64,000 nucleotides of DNA. It comes from Tagaea sp. (lineage in GTDB: Bacteria; Pseudomonadota; Alphaproteobacteria; CACIAM-22H2). This document shows positions 51,257 to 63,183 of the stretch, one piece after another. A program made the translations under genes and the position numbers. Location: NCBI GenBank assembly GCA_965279525.1, contig CBDIIB010000002.1, positions 192,001 to 256,000 of the forward strand, in the 5' to 3' direction. The notes beneath the pieces were generated by a model, which ran no database searches, was not told the origin of the DNA, and saw only the letters and a program-made list of their open reading frames with translations. How positions within the stretch are numbered: position 1 is the stretch's first letter; each line of letters starts with the position of its first letter.

Positions 51257-53181
51257 AACCCGAACATGTGGTCGAGGCTGAAGCGGCCGTCGGATGCCGC
51301 CAGCCCGTGATAGCCGAACAGCCGGCACGTGCGGTCGCGGATCAGCACGTAGCCGCCGTTGCCGGCGCGTGCAAGATCGGCGGCGGAGAACGTCTCGCCC
51401 GTGCGCCACAGCTTCGAGCCCGAGCACGGGATCGCGAGCTTCGATTCGGCGATCTTCGTGCCGGCCGCGTCGTGCAGTTCGAGCGACGTGTCCGACGTCG
51501 CGTGCCACGGCGTCGACGCCGGATAGATCAGATGGCAGAGCGCGTCGTGGCCATCGGTGCCCAGGCGCAGGAACAGCCGCGTCGTCAGGCCCGGCGGGCG
51601 GCCGATATAGGATTGCGGCTCGTTCTTGAAGACGAGGGCCGTGTTGAAGATGTGGCTGCCGAAGCTGGTGTCGGCCCCATGCGCGGGCGCGTTCTTGCGC
51701 GCGTAGCGAAACAGCGCGTGGATCCAGCCGTCACCGGCCCCGCCGTCGCGGAAATCGTAGCTGAGTTCGATATGGCCATAGCCCGACGCCAGCTTCAGCC
51801 CGTCGGTCTCGACGGCGCAGGCATGATCGCGCGCGAGATTGCCGAGGAACTTCTCGCCGGCCGAAGCACCCGACGCGTCATAGAAGCGCGCCACCAGCGG
51901 CAGGCTTGCCTGGCCGCGGGCCATCGGCGTGGGCAGCGCCACGCTCGTGAACTCGCCCTGCGGCAGGATCGGGGCCGGCAGGATGAAACCCTTGCCGAAA
52001 TCCGTGCCGAGCGTCGCGATCTGCGGATCGGGCTTGAGGTCGCTGCGTTCCACGTTGGCGTGCGCGACGTGGCGCTTGCCGGCCCGCTCCACCTCATAGC
52101 GCGGCCGCACGACGAACTTGCCGGCATCCATCTCGATCTGGCGCGGCCAGGCAAGCCCGGGCAGCAACGCGCCCACGTCGACCGCCCGCATGCCGAAAGC
52201 CGGGATCGGCGCGGGCATGGGGACCCACGCGTCGGTACCCATCGCCGAGAACTTCACGCCGTCGGCCGGGATCGCGCAGGAATGGCAGTTCTGTACCCAA
52301 ACGCGCACGCGCTCGCCCGCGGCGGGGGCGGGGATGCCGGCGTAGTAGTCCGACGGCCACGGATTGGCGTCGTGCGTGCAGGTGAGTTCGCTGTCCGACC
52401 AGAAATCGAGCGCGTATTTGAGGACATCGTGGCCGGTCACGTCGATCATGTGGATGAAGAGCTGGCCCTCGAATGAACCGAGGCCGAAGCGTTTGGCCAC
52501 GTCGCGGCTGTCGACGACGAACGCGGCCACACCTTCGTGCAGCTTCTCTTCCCATGTCGCCAGCACCGTGCCGTCGGCGGCGAACAGGCGCAGCCAGGCG
52601 CGTACGTTCTTGGCACCATACCCGGCCCAGTAGTTGGCGCTGACCATGCGCGTGTGGCGCCCGGGCCCTTCGCAGAACAGCACAAGGTTGGTGACGAAAT
52701 TATAGGTCGAGAGATAACGCTTCTTGTCGGTGAGGAATTCGGCCGGGATGCGCATCGCGTCGAGCGTGACGACGCTGGCACCCTTCGGCAGCCACTGTGC
52801 CACCTGCGCCACGAGCGGGTCGGCGTCGAACGCCGCGACGAGCACGCAGGCGGCACCGCTTTTCGCGATCGCGGAAACCGGTGCGACCGTGAAGGCGCCG
52901 ACCTTGCGACCAAGATGCTGGTGGTCGCGCCCGTAGAGGCCGACGAACGACACGCCGGCGAAATCCTGCAGGGCTGTCAGCGTGGCGAACGCGCCGAACG
53001 GGTCGTAGACCGCGACCTTGCCGGCCGCCTTCAGCTTCGCGACGAGGGCGTTTGCCGGTTCGACCGCCAGCGGATGGCCGACCGCGCGGAACAGCGCGTC
53101 GCCACCGGTGCGGTTGTCGAACGTGTCGATGGGCAGGGCGCGGCGCGTCGCGGACGTGCCGGCGGGAAGCGAGTCGGGCAT
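51253..53181 (-). CDS. Hypothetical ~642-aa protein rich in His/Cys motifs
   Basis: Long ORF with host-like codon usage filling the gap between msrP and the oxygenase; no family recognised. Confidence 0.8.
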   Translation of the reverse strand: MPDSLPAGTSATRRALPIDTFDNRTGGDALFRAVGHPLAVEPANALVAKLKAAGKVAVYDPFGAFATLTALQDFAGVSFVGLYGRDHQHLGRKVGAFTVAPVSAIAKSGAACVLVAAFDADPLVAQVAQWLPKGASVVTLDAMRIPAEFLTDKKRYLSTYNFVTNLVLFCEGPGRHTRMVSANYWAGYGAKNVRAWLRLFAADGTVLATWEEKLHEGVAAFVVDSRDVAKRFGLGSFEGQLFIHMIDVTGHDVLKYALDFWSDSELTCTHDANPWPSDYYAGIPAPAAGERVRVWVQNCHSCAIPADGVKFSAMGTDAWVPMPAPIPAFGMRAVDVGALLPGLAWPRQIEMDAGKFVVRPRYEVERAGKRHVAHANVERSDLKPDPQIATLGTDFGKGFILPAPILPQGEFTSVALPTPMARGQASLPLVARFYDASGASAGEKFLGNLARDHACAVETDGLKLASGYGHIELSYDFRDGGAGDGWIHALFRYARKNAPAHGADTSFGSHIFNTALVFKNEPQSYIGRPPGLTTRLFLRLGTDGHDALCHLIYPASTPWHATSDTSLELHDAAGTKIAESKLAIPCSGSKLWRTGETFSAADLARAGNGGYVLIRDRTCRLFGYHGLAASDGRFSLDHMFGF

Positions 53182-53222
53182 GCCCGTCTTGTACGCAGGT
53201 CCGGGCCGCGCGGGAAGCCCGT

Positions 53223-54185
53223 TCAGGCCCAGAGCCGCTCGTTCTGCCGGTCGGCGTAAAGGGGGGCGACGAAATCGCCGTAGCCGTTGAAAAGCTGGGT
53301 CGGCACGCGCTGGCCGCCCTTGCCGATCAGCTCCTCGGTCGCCTGGCTCCAGCGCGGATGGGGGACCTTCGGATTGACGTTCGCCCAGAACCCGTACTCC
53401 TTCTCGGCAAGCGACTCCCAGAAGGTCTTGGGCTGCTTGTCGGTGAACACGAAACGCACGAGCGACTTGACCGACTTGAAGCCGTATTTCCACGGCGTGA
53501 TCAGGCGCAAGGGTGCGCCGTGCTGGCGCGGGATCGGCTTGCCGTAGATGCCGGTGGCGATGAAGGCGAGTTCATTGGTCGCCTCGTCGATCGTCAGGCC
53601 CTCGGTGTAGGGCCACGGATACCAGGTGGCGCGCTGGCCAGGGGCGACGGCCGGGTTGTTGAACGTTTCCATCTGCACGTATTTCGCCGCCGACAGCGGC
53701 TTGCACCATTCGACGAACGAGGCGAGCGAGAAGCCGCTCCACGGCACGGTCATCGCCCAGGCTTCCACGCAGCGGAAGCGGTAGACGCGCTCCTCGAGCT
53801 TCATCGCCTTGAAGATGTCGTCGACGTCGACCGTGCGCGGATTCTCGACCAGTCCCTCGATCTTCACCTGCCAGGGGCGGATCGGCAGCTTCTGGGCGGC
53901 CTGCCAGATCGTCTTGGACGTGCCGAATTCGTAGAAGTTGTTGTAGGTCGTCGCGATGCGTTCCTCGGTCAACTCGCGTTCCACGCGATAACGCATGTTG
54001 CGCATCGCGGGATAGAGGCTCGATGTCGGATCGTCGCCGGCAGGGGCCTGGGCATGGGCGGAGGACGCGATGGCGCCGGCGGCAAGGCCCGCACCGGCGG
54101 CCAGCACGTGGCGGCGGGTATAGACGCTCTCGGGGGTGGCATCGCGCTCCGGGATTTCCCAGCCGCGGGTCCGCTTGATCAGCAT
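53223..54185 (-). CDS. msrP: Periplasmic methionine sulfoxide reductase catalytic subunit
   Basis: TRRHVL Tat motif; YNNFYEFG, YRFRCVEAW, WPYTEGL, PWKYGFKSVKS, EYGFWANVNP, HPRWSQA. Confidence 0.95.
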   Translation of the reverse strand: MLIKRTRGWEIPERDATPESVYTRRHVLAAGAGLAAGAIASSAHAQAPAGDDPTSSLYPAMRNMRYRVERELTEERIATTYNNFYEFGTSKTIWQAAQKLPIRPWQVKIEGLVENPRTVDVDDIFKAMKLEERVYRFRCVEAWAMTVPWSGFSLASFVEWCKPLSAAKYVQMETFNNPAVAPGQRATWYPWPYTEGLTIDEATNELAFIATGIYGKPIPRQHGAPLRLITPWKYGFKSVKSLVRFVFTDKQPKTFWESLAEKEYGFWANVNPKVPHPRWSQATEELIGKGGQRVPTQLFNGYGDFVAPLYADRQNERLWA

Positions 54186-54196
54186 TGCGTGTACTC

Positions 54197-54802
54197 CTAA
54201 ATCGCGCCGTCGCGCCGCTTCTTGCGCAGCACGTCGGCCTGGGCGCGGATCTGCGCCATGTGCGGGTTGAAGACAAGGGCGCGCTCGAACGCGTCGAGCG
54301 CGGCATCGTCGTCGTTTTTTGCGGCGGCAATGAGACCGAGGCCCGACAGCGCCCCGAAATGGCGCGGCTCCAGCGCCACGGTCCGCTCGGCGTCCTTGCG
54401 CGAATCCTCGTAGCGGCCGAGCAAGTAGAGCACGGTGGCGCGCCGGTTCCAGCCTTCGGCATAGTCCGGGCGCAGGTTGACGATGGCGTCGTAGAGCGCG
54501 AAGGCGCCGAACAGGTCGCCGCGCTGCTGGGCGTCGAGGGCCAGCTTCATCAGTGAACCTGCCGCGGGGTCGCCGGGTTCGAGCCAGATCTGCCAGATTG
54601 CCGCTTCGGTGCGGCGGGCTTCGCCGGCGTCCTGCGTGTTCTGGAGGCGGTCGAACAGGCTGTCGAGCCGTCCGTCGGCTTTTTCCGAAGCCGGCTTTTC
54701 CGCAGGCTGGGCGCGCGCGCCGGCCGCGATTCCGGCCGCGAGGCCGAACGCGACGGCGAGGGCCATGAAGGTTCGAAAAGCGCGTTCCATGCGGTCAAGC
54801 AT
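54197..54802 (-). CDS. Exported tetratricopeptide-repeat protein
   Basis: Signal peptide; PDYAEGWNRRAT, LEPRHFGALSGLG. Confidence 0.85.
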   Translation of the reverse strand: MLDRMERAFRTFMALAVAFGLAAGIAAGARAQPAEKPASEKADGRLDSLFDRLQNTQDAGEARRTEAAIWQIWLEPGDPAAGSLMKLALDAQQRGDLFGAFALYDAIVNLRPDYAEGWNRRATVLYLLGRYEDSRKDAERTVALEPRHFGALSGLGLIAAAKNDDDAALDAFERALVFNPHMAQIRAQADVLRKKRRDGAI

Positions 54803-54915
54803 GCGGGCATTCGGATTTCCTGTAAAGGCGTCGCCGGGTCCGGCGCTTTACAATTCGCGCCCGCCGGGGTCAAAGTTACGCCCCGTTTCAAGGCCCCCGA
54901 CGTGCCGGAATCGAC

Positions 54916-56001
54916 ATGAGCGTCAACGAGTTCTTCGATCGCGACTATCTGGGCGCCCGAGAGCGGTTTCTGGCCGCCGCGCGCGGCCATTCGGAGCGTT
55001 TCCGGTCGTTCCAGAACCCGCTGCGCGGCCCCCGCGGCGAGCAGCTTTATTGCGACGCGCTGTGGTTTGGCCCGACCGACGCCGAGCGCGTGCTGGTGAC
55101 GATCTCGGCCACGCACGGCATCGAGGGGTTCTGCGGCTCGGGCTGCCAGACCGGCTGGTTTTCCTCCGGCGCCTACCGCGAACTGCCGCCGGGGATTGCC
55201 CAGCTGCACCTGCATGCGGTCAACCCGCATGGGTTCGCGTGGCTGCGGCGCGTCAACGAAGACAATGTCGACCTCAACCGCAACTTCGTCACGCATATCG
55301 GCCCCTACCCCGAGAATCCGGGGTACGAGAAACTTGCTGCGTCGATCGCACCTGCCGAATGGACCGCGGCGTCGCAGGCGGCCTCCAAGGCCGTGTTCGC
55401 GGACTATTCGAAGCGTTTCGGGCCGGCGGCCCTGCAGGCGGCGATCTCGGGCGGGCAGTATTCGCATCCCGAGGGCGTGTTCTTCGGCGGGCATGCACCC
55501 ACCTGGTCGCACCGCGTCATCGCGGCGGTGTTCCGCGACTGGCTCCAGCGCGCCAAGCACGTCGCCATCGTCGATTTCCACACCGGCCTTGGGCCGCGCG
55601 GCTATGGCGAGCTGATCTTCGCACTGCCCGAGCCGCATGCGGGTTTCGCGCGCGCCCTCGACTGGTACGGCTCGGACCTGACCTCGACCGGGATGGGCAC
55701 GTCGACATCGGCGCAGCTATTCGGCACCAACGGCGAAGGCTTCGTGCGGTTCCTCCCCCACGCGCAACTCACCGCGATCGCGCTTGAATACGGCACGCTG
55801 CCGCTCGACGACGTGCTCGATGCCGTGCGCGCCGACAACTGGCTGCATCTATATGCCGACCTCGCTGGCGAGGATTCGCGCCGCATCAAGACGCAGATGC
55901 GCGACGCCTTTGCCCCCAACGACGCGAGCTGGCGCCAGGCGGTGTGGGCGCGCGCCGAAGAGATCCTGCGCAAGACCGCTTTCGGTCTGGCGCGTTCCTG
56001 A
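54916..56001 (+). CDS. M14-like zinc metallopeptidase (DUF2817-like)
   Basis: SATHGIEGFCGS, RRVNEDNVDLNRNF, DFHTGLG, EYGT. Confidence 0.85.
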   Translation: MSVNEFFDRDYLGARERFLAAARGHSERFRSFQNPLRGPRGEQLYCDALWFGPTDAERVLVTISATHGIEGFCGSGCQTGWFSSGAYRELPPGIAQLHLHAVNPHGFAWLRRVNEDNVDLNRNFVTHIGPYPENPGYEKLAASIAPAEWTAASQAASKAVFADYSKRFGPAALQAAISGGQYSHPEGVFFGGHAPTWSHRVIAAVFRDWLQRAKHVAIVDFHTGLGPRGYGELIFALPEPHAGFARALDWYGSDLTSTGMGTSTSAQLFGTNGEGFVRFLPHAQLTAIALEYGTLPLDDVLDAVRADNWLHLYADLAGEDSRRIKTQMRDAFAPNDASWRQAVWARAEEILRKTAFGLARS

Positions 56002-56020
56002 ACCGACGAAGGAAATTCCC

Positions 56021-56482
56021 ATGGCATTGCGCGAACGATTTACCGAGACCCTGAAAGAAGCGATGAAGGCCAAGGACACGCTGCGCCTCGAAGCCGTGCG
56101 CATGGCCATCTCCGAGATGAAGAAGCGCGACATCGAGGCGCGCGCCACCGGCAACATGGACGGCATTCCCGACGGCGAGATCCAGTCGATGCTGCAGAAG
56201 ATGATCGTCTCGCGCCGCGACTCGATCGCCCTCTACGAGAAGGGCAACCGGCCGGAGCTCGCCGCCAAGGAAGCCGCCGAGATCGCGATCCTCGAAGGCT
56301 TCCTGCCCAAGCAGATGTCGGCGGCCGAGACCGAGGAAGCCGCGAAGGCCGCCATCGCCGAGGCGGGGGCCACGACGATCCGCGACATGGGCAAGGTCAT
56401 GGCCGCGATGAAGGCCAAGTTCACCGGCCAGATGGATCTGGGCGCGGCATCGGCGGCGGTGAAGAAGCTGCTCGGCGGCTAG
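56021..56482 (+). CDS. GatB/YqeY domain protein
   Basis: LKEAMKAKD...RRDSI..YEKGNR.ELA.KE..EI..L..FLPKQM...DMGKVM. Confidence 0.93.
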   Translation: MALRERFTETLKEAMKAKDTLRLEAVRMAISEMKKRDIEARATGNMDGIPDGEIQSMLQKMIVSRRDSIALYEKGNRPELAAKEAAEIAILEGFLPKQMSAAETEEAAKAAIAEAGATTIRDMGKVMAAMKAKFTGQMDLGAASAAVKKLLGG

Positions 56483-56483
56483 C

Positions 56484-57110
56484 ATGCTCACGCTCTTTTT
56501 CACGCCGCAGACATGCGCGCTTGCCACGCACATCGCACTCGAAGATGCGGGCGCCGAATTCGCGCTGAAGAAGATCGATTTCTCCAGGGCCGAGCAGCGC
56601 TCGCCGGCGTATCTCGCGGTCAATCCCAAAGGCCGCGTGCCCGCACTCGTCACGCCGCAGGGCGTCCTCACCGAAACGCCGGCGATGCTGGTCTATGTGG
56701 CACAGCTTTTCCCGAGGGCGGGGCTCGCACCGATCGACGATCCGTTCGCCTTCGCGCAAGTCCAGTCGATCAACAGCTATCTGTGTTCCTCGCTCCACGT
56801 GGCGCACGCGCACCGCATGCGCGGCTACCGCTGGGTCGACGCCGGCGACGCGGCGGCGATCGCGGCCATGCAGCGCAAGGTGCCCCAGTCGGTGGGCGAC
56901 TGCTGGGCGCTGGTCGAGGACCACCTGTTCAAGGGGCCATGGGCGACGGGCGAACGCTACTCGATCAGCGACCCCTATCTCTTCACGCTCGCCCAGTGGA
57001 TCGAGGCCGACGGCGTGGACATCGCGCGATTCCCGAAGATTGCGGCCCACCGCGCGCGGATGGCCGCGCGCGCGAGCGTGCAAAAGGCGCTGGCGGCCGA
57101 GGCTGCTTGA
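56484..57110 (+). CDS. Glutathione S-transferase
   Basis: CALATHIALE, NPKGRVPAL, LTETPA, SISDPYLF. Confidence 0.92.
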   Translation: MLTLFFTPQTCALATHIALEDAGAEFALKKIDFSRAEQRSPAYLAVNPKGRVPALVTPQGVLTETPAMLVYVAQLFPRAGLAPIDDPFAFAQVQSINSYLCSSLHVAHAHRMRGYRWVDAGDAAAIAAMQRKVPQSVGDCWALVEDHLFKGPWATGERYSISDPYLFTLAQWIEADGVDIARFPKIAAHRARMAARASVQKALAAEAA

Positions 57111-57219
57111 CCGCTCCCGAGTCGCGGCCTACTTTCCCGCTCCCGCCGAAGCCCGTCGAACTGTCTGTTGATTGCGGGGATAAGTCTTTGGCTCTCAAAC
57201 GGGATTTGGCACGCCCGGC

Positions 57220-59067
57220 ATGGCCTTTCCGCCCTCCTTCCTCGAAGAGCTGCGCGCCCGGCTGACGCTGTCGTCCGTCGTCGGACGGCGCGTGAAGCTC
57301 GCGCGCGCGGGGCGCGAATTCAAGGCGTGCTGCCCGTTCCACAACGAGAAGAGTCCGAGTTTCTACGTCAACGACGACAAGAACTTCTTCCACTGCTTCG
57401 GCTGCGGCGCCCATGGCGACGTGATCGGCTTCACGATGAAGATCGACCATCTCGGCTTTCTCGAGGCGGTCGAGAAACTCGCGACCGAGGCCGGGCTCGA
57501 CGTGCCGCGCATCTCGCCCCAACAGCGTCAGGAGGCCGAGCGCGCCAAGACGCTGGGCGATGCGGTCGAGGCCGCGTGCAAATGGTTCGAAGAGAAGCTG
57601 CGCGCTCCGGAAGGTCGTGGGGCACTTGCGTATCTGCATGAGCGCGGCCTGTCGGACGAGACGATCGACCGCTTCCGTCTGGGATTCGCGCCCGAGGGGC
57701 GGGCACACCTGCAGACGGCGCTGAAGGCGCAAGGTCTCGAGACCGGCCTGCTGCTGGAAGCGGGCCTGATCGGCAAGCCCGACGACGGGCGCGATCCGTT
57801 CGACTTCTTCCGCAACCGGGTGATGTTCCCGATCACCGACCGGCGCGGGCGCGTCATCGCCTTCGGCGGCCGCGTGATGGACGACGGCAAGCCCAAATAT
57901 CTCAACAGCCGCGACACGCCGCTGTTCCACAAGCGCGACAATCTCTACGCGCTCGACAAGGCGCGCGTGGCGGTGGGCGAGCGCAAGGCCAAGGCCCTCG
58001 TCGCGGAAGGCTACATGGACGTGATCGCACTCCATCAGGCGGGCTTCGGCGGGGCGGTCGCGCCGCTGGGCACGGCGCTGACCGACGGGCAGATCCAGGC
58101 CCTGTGGAAGATCCATCCCGAGCCGGTCGTCTGTCTCGACGGCGATGCGGCGGGCCAGCGCGCGGCGCTGAAGGCTGCCGAAGTGGCGCTGCCGCTGCTG
58201 AAGCCCGGCTTCGCGCTGCGCTTTGCCACCCTGCCGCCCGGCGAGGACCCCGACAGCCTGATCAAGCGCGACGGGGCGGCGGCGATGGACAATGTGCTGG
58301 CGCAGGCCAAGGGGCTTGCCGACGTGGTCTGGGCGGCCGAGACCGCCGGCAAGGCGATCGACAGCCCGGACAGGCGCGCGGCCCTCGAAGGCCAGCTGCG
58401 CGAGCGGCTCGTGCGCATTGTCGATCCGACCGTCCGGCGCGCCTACGAAAGCGACTGGATCTACACCAAGCTTCGCGCGCTGGGCCGGCCGGTCTTCGTG
58501 CCGCGTCAGGCCGGGGGCAAGCCCTGGGTCCGGCCGGGATCGGGACCGGTCATGGGCACGCTCCGTTCGGCGGGGGACGTGGGCCTCTTGCGCCTGCGCC
58601 AGGAACAGGTCCTGCTGGCGACCGCGATCAACCATCCGGGCCTGCTGATGGCGGAGGCGGAAGCCGTTGCTTTGGTTGACCTAACCGACCGCCGGCTGGA
58701 GCGTGTGCGCCAGGCATTGGTGGATTGCGCCCACGAGGCGGCCGGGGGCGAGACTCCGCTTGACACGGCCACGCTGATTGCCCACTTATCCCGCGTGGGA
58801 TTGTCCGAGGATGCCCTCCAGCTGACTCGGCCAACCCTTTACGAACACGGGGCTTTTGCCGATCCGACCGCTTCCCCCGAAGCGGCGCGGGCCGGTTTTG
58901 GCCACCTTTTGGCGCTTCTGTCCCGCCGCCGGATGGAAGGCGAGCTGCGCGAAAGCGAGCTCGTACTCGGTCAGGACATGACGGTGGAGAACCTGGCCCG
59001 GGTCGAAGGGCAGGCGGCCCACCTCCGGGCTCAGGTCGCCCAACTGGCGCCCGAGGACGACGGGTAG
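57220..59067 (+). CDS. dnaG: DNA primase
   Basis: CPFHNEKSPSF...HCFGCG zinc finger, KYLNS, EGYMDVI, DGDAAG, DPD. Confidence 0.97.
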   Translation: MAFPPSFLEELRARLTLSSVVGRRVKLARAGREFKACCPFHNEKSPSFYVNDDKNFFHCFGCGAHGDVIGFTMKIDHLGFLEAVEKLATEAGLDVPRISPQQRQEAERAKTLGDAVEAACKWFEEKLRAPEGRGALAYLHERGLSDETIDRFRLGFAPEGRAHLQTALKAQGLETGLLLEAGLIGKPDDGRDPFDFFRNRVMFPITDRRGRVIAFGGRVMDDGKPKYLNSRDTPLFHKRDNLYALDKARVAVGERKAKALVAEGYMDVIALHQAGFGGAVAPLGTALTDGQIQALWKIHPEPVVCLDGDAAGQRAALKAAEVALPLLKPGFALRFATLPPGEDPDSLIKRDGAAAMDNVLAQAKGLADVVWAAETAGKAIDSPDRRAALEGQLRERLVRIVDPTVRRAYESDWIYTKLRALGRPVFVPRQAGGKPWVRPGSGPVMGTLRSAGDVGLLRLRQEQVLLATAINHPGLLMAEAEAVALVDLTDRRLERVRQALVDCAHEAAGGETPLDTATLIAHLSRVGLSEDALQLTRPTLYEHGAFADPTASPEAARAGFGHLLALLSRRRMEGELRESELVLGQDMTVENLARVEGQAAHLRAQVAQLAPEDDG

Positions 59068-59184
59068 GCGCCATAGGGTAGGGGAAGAGTTTCAATTGGG
59101 CAGGGACGCGCGCCCGCGACGAGCGCGTCACGCCGACCGGTCACCGACGTTTTTCCAGTACGTTCCCGCGCGAGGCCATCAAAG

Positions 59185-61227
<2,043 letters not shown>

Positions 61228-61253
61228 GCGGCCCTACGTGAGCGGGACGGGTG

Positions 61254-62147
61254 TCAGCTCGTCCGCGCCACGTCCATCGTCACGCCACCGCTGAGGATGT
61301 CGCCCGGGTCGAGGCTGCGCGTGCCCGTGTTCGCGATCCCGCGTGCGGCGAGGTTGAAGCCGTCGGCGACGTGGCTGACCGGTTCGACGCAGATATAGTC
61401 GATGCCGGCCGGCCGGTGCAGCACCAGGTGCGACAGCACCGGATCGGCACTCAGGCGCACCGAGACGCCCGTCCCGGTCTCGAACGCGCAGCTGCCGTTC
61501 CATTCGCCGAAATAGAGCGTGGTGCCGGTCGGATCGAGATCGACCGGTGAGTCCGCGGGGGACCGTCGGTCGACCTTGCCAGTTGCGACGTTGTCGACAC
61601 TCTGGTCCCAGCAAGTACCGGCCTTGAAGGTGATGCGCGGGCTGCCCTTGATCGGGAAATAGGGATGCCAGCCGAATCCGGCCGGGGCGGGCCGCGCGTC
61701 GCGGTTGGCGAACGCGAACGCGACGGTCAGCCGCGTGCCCGAAAGCTGGATGCGCTGTTCGACCATGAAGCGCCACGGCCATTCGCCCGTGCCGTCATGC
61801 TCGTAGACGAGCGTGGCGCGGTCGGCGCCCTGCTCTGCCACCTGCCACGGCGTCCGGTGGGCATGGCCGTGCACGGTATGCGGCAGCGCATCCGGGTGCG
61901 GCGGCAGGTCGTGCGTCTGGCCGCGGAAGGCGAGGCGCGCGTCGGCGATGCGGTTGGAATAGGGGGCAAGCGGGTAAGCACCCGCCTTTGGCCAGCGCGG
62001 CGGCAGCACGGGGGGGCCGACCAGCGGGACAAGTACGTCGAGCGGCCGGGCGGGGTCGTCGACGAGGCGCAAGGCGACGATGCGCCCGCCCAGTTCCGGC
62101 ATCAGCTCGGCAACGAGCGGGCCGGACGCGATTCGGAAGCTTTCCAT
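61254..62147 (-). CDS. Aldose 1-epimerase family protein
   Basis: YPLAPYSNRI, HG, GWHPYF, CVEPVSH. Confidence 0.88.
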   Translation of the reverse strand: MESFRIASGPLVAELMPELGGRIVALRLVDDPARPLDVLVPLVGPPVLPPRWPKAGAYPLAPYSNRIADARLAFRGQTHDLPPHPDALPHTVHGHAHRTPWQVAEQGADRATLVYEHDGTGEWPWRFMVEQRIQLSGTRLTVAFAFANRDARPAPAGFGWHPYFPIKGSPRITFKAGTCWDQSVDNVATGKVDRRSPADSPVDLDPTGTTLYFGEWNGSCAFETGTGVSVRLSADPVLSHLVLHRPAGIDYICVEPVSHVADGFNLAARGIANTGTRSLDPGDILSGGVTMDVARTS

Positions 62148-62248
62148 TCCCCCATCCTGCCGCGCCGGACGGGGAAAGTGGCGGATTTTTCATACCCTTG
62201 GCGGGGAGCCGCCCCTCGGCTAGAACGGGCTGTACCGCATCCCGGAAG

Positions 62249-62321
62249 GGGCCCGTAGTTCAGCGGTCAGAACGCGCCGCTCATAACGGTGTTGTCGCAG
62301 GTTCGAATCCTGCCGGGCCCA
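62249..62321 (+). tRNA. tRNA with CAT anticodon, most likely tRNA-Ile2 (lysidine-modified)
   Basis: Cloverleaf GGGCCCG/CGGGCCC acceptor, CTCATAA anticodon loop, GTTCGAATC T-arm; G1-C72 paired so not initiator; near rpoD; 3' CCA incomplete (ACCG). Confidence 0.92.
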
Positions 62322-62430
62322 CCGGCGCATGTCCCGATCGCCCGCCATGAATGGCAGTTTCACCGGCTGGCGGTGCTTGCGCGCTTCGCCGATCCTCGCG
62401 GTCCTTCAACCCGACCAAGCGAGGACTGCG

Positions 62431-62703
62431 ATGAAACGTTACCTGATCGAGCGTGATATCCCCGGCGTCAACAAGCTGGAGGGGACGGGCCTGAAGCAGG
62501 CGGCGGCAACGTCGAACGACGCGCTCGCCAAACTCGTCGGCAAGGCGCAGTGGGTCGAATCCTTCGTCGTCGACGACAAGACGTTCTGCATCTACATCGC
62601 CGAAAACGAGGCGGCCATTCGCGAGCACGCCAAGCTCAGCGGCTTCCCGGCCACGAAGATCAGCGAAGTACACAGAGTCATCGGCCCCGTGACGGCGGCC
62701 TGA
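62431..62703 (+). CDS. DUF4242 / SCO4226-like small protein
   Basis: YLIERDIPG...WVESFV..DKTFCIY.A.NE..IREHA..SGFPA; GAGG RBS. Confidence 0.85.
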   Translation: MKRYLIERDIPGVNKLEGTGLKQAAATSNDALAKLVGKAQWVESFVVDDKTFCIYIAENEAAIREHAKLSGFPATKISEVHRVIGPVTAA

Positions 62704-62769
62704 CGGGATCGGCGGCCGGTGCTGCCCCGCTTGGCTGCACCGGTCGCGCCCCCCGGCTGTTTCCCGGCG

Positions 62770-63168
62770 ATGGAACCCGGAACCTTCGTCTGGCAGGACC
62801 TGGCGAGCGACGATGTCGAACGCGCAGCCGCTTTCTATGCGGCGATGTTCGGATGGCAAAGTCGGACCGCACGGGCGAACGGCGGCGTCTTCCATCGCCT
62901 GTCGCTGGGGGGACGCGATATCGCCTCGCTTTACCGGATCGGCGAGGCGGCACGCATGCGCGGAATGCGCCCGCATTGGACGTCCTACATATGCGTTCCG
63001 TCCGTCGACGAAGCGGCCGCGCGTGCCGCGGCGAACGGCGGGGCAGTCCTGGTGCGGCCGCTCGACATCGGGGCGCCCGGCGTGCATCGCCACGCCCGCA
63101 TCGCGTTGATCGGCGACCCGGACAGGGCCGTGCTCGGACTTTGGGAGGGTCCTTCGCCGGCATCTTGA
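62770..63168 (+). CDS. VOC (glyoxalase/bleomycin resistance) family protein
   Basis: PGTFVWQDL...AAAFY..MFGW, HWTSYI.V, GG.V...P.DI, DP..A.LGLW. Confidence 0.85.
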   Translation: MEPGTFVWQDLASDDVERAAAFYAAMFGWQSRTARANGGVFHRLSLGGRDIASLYRIGEAARMRGMRPHWTSYICVPSVDEAAARAAANGGAVLVRPLDIGAPGVHRHARIALIGDPDRAVLGLWEGPSPAS

Positions 63169-63183
63169 CGCGTCATCGAGGAA

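Noticed and set aside
62249-62321. tRNA considered as initiator tRNA-fMet
   Set aside because: The 1-72 pair is intact and the three consecutive G-C anticodon-stem pairs are absent; sequence and location fit Ile2 better, though elongator Met is not strictly excluded.
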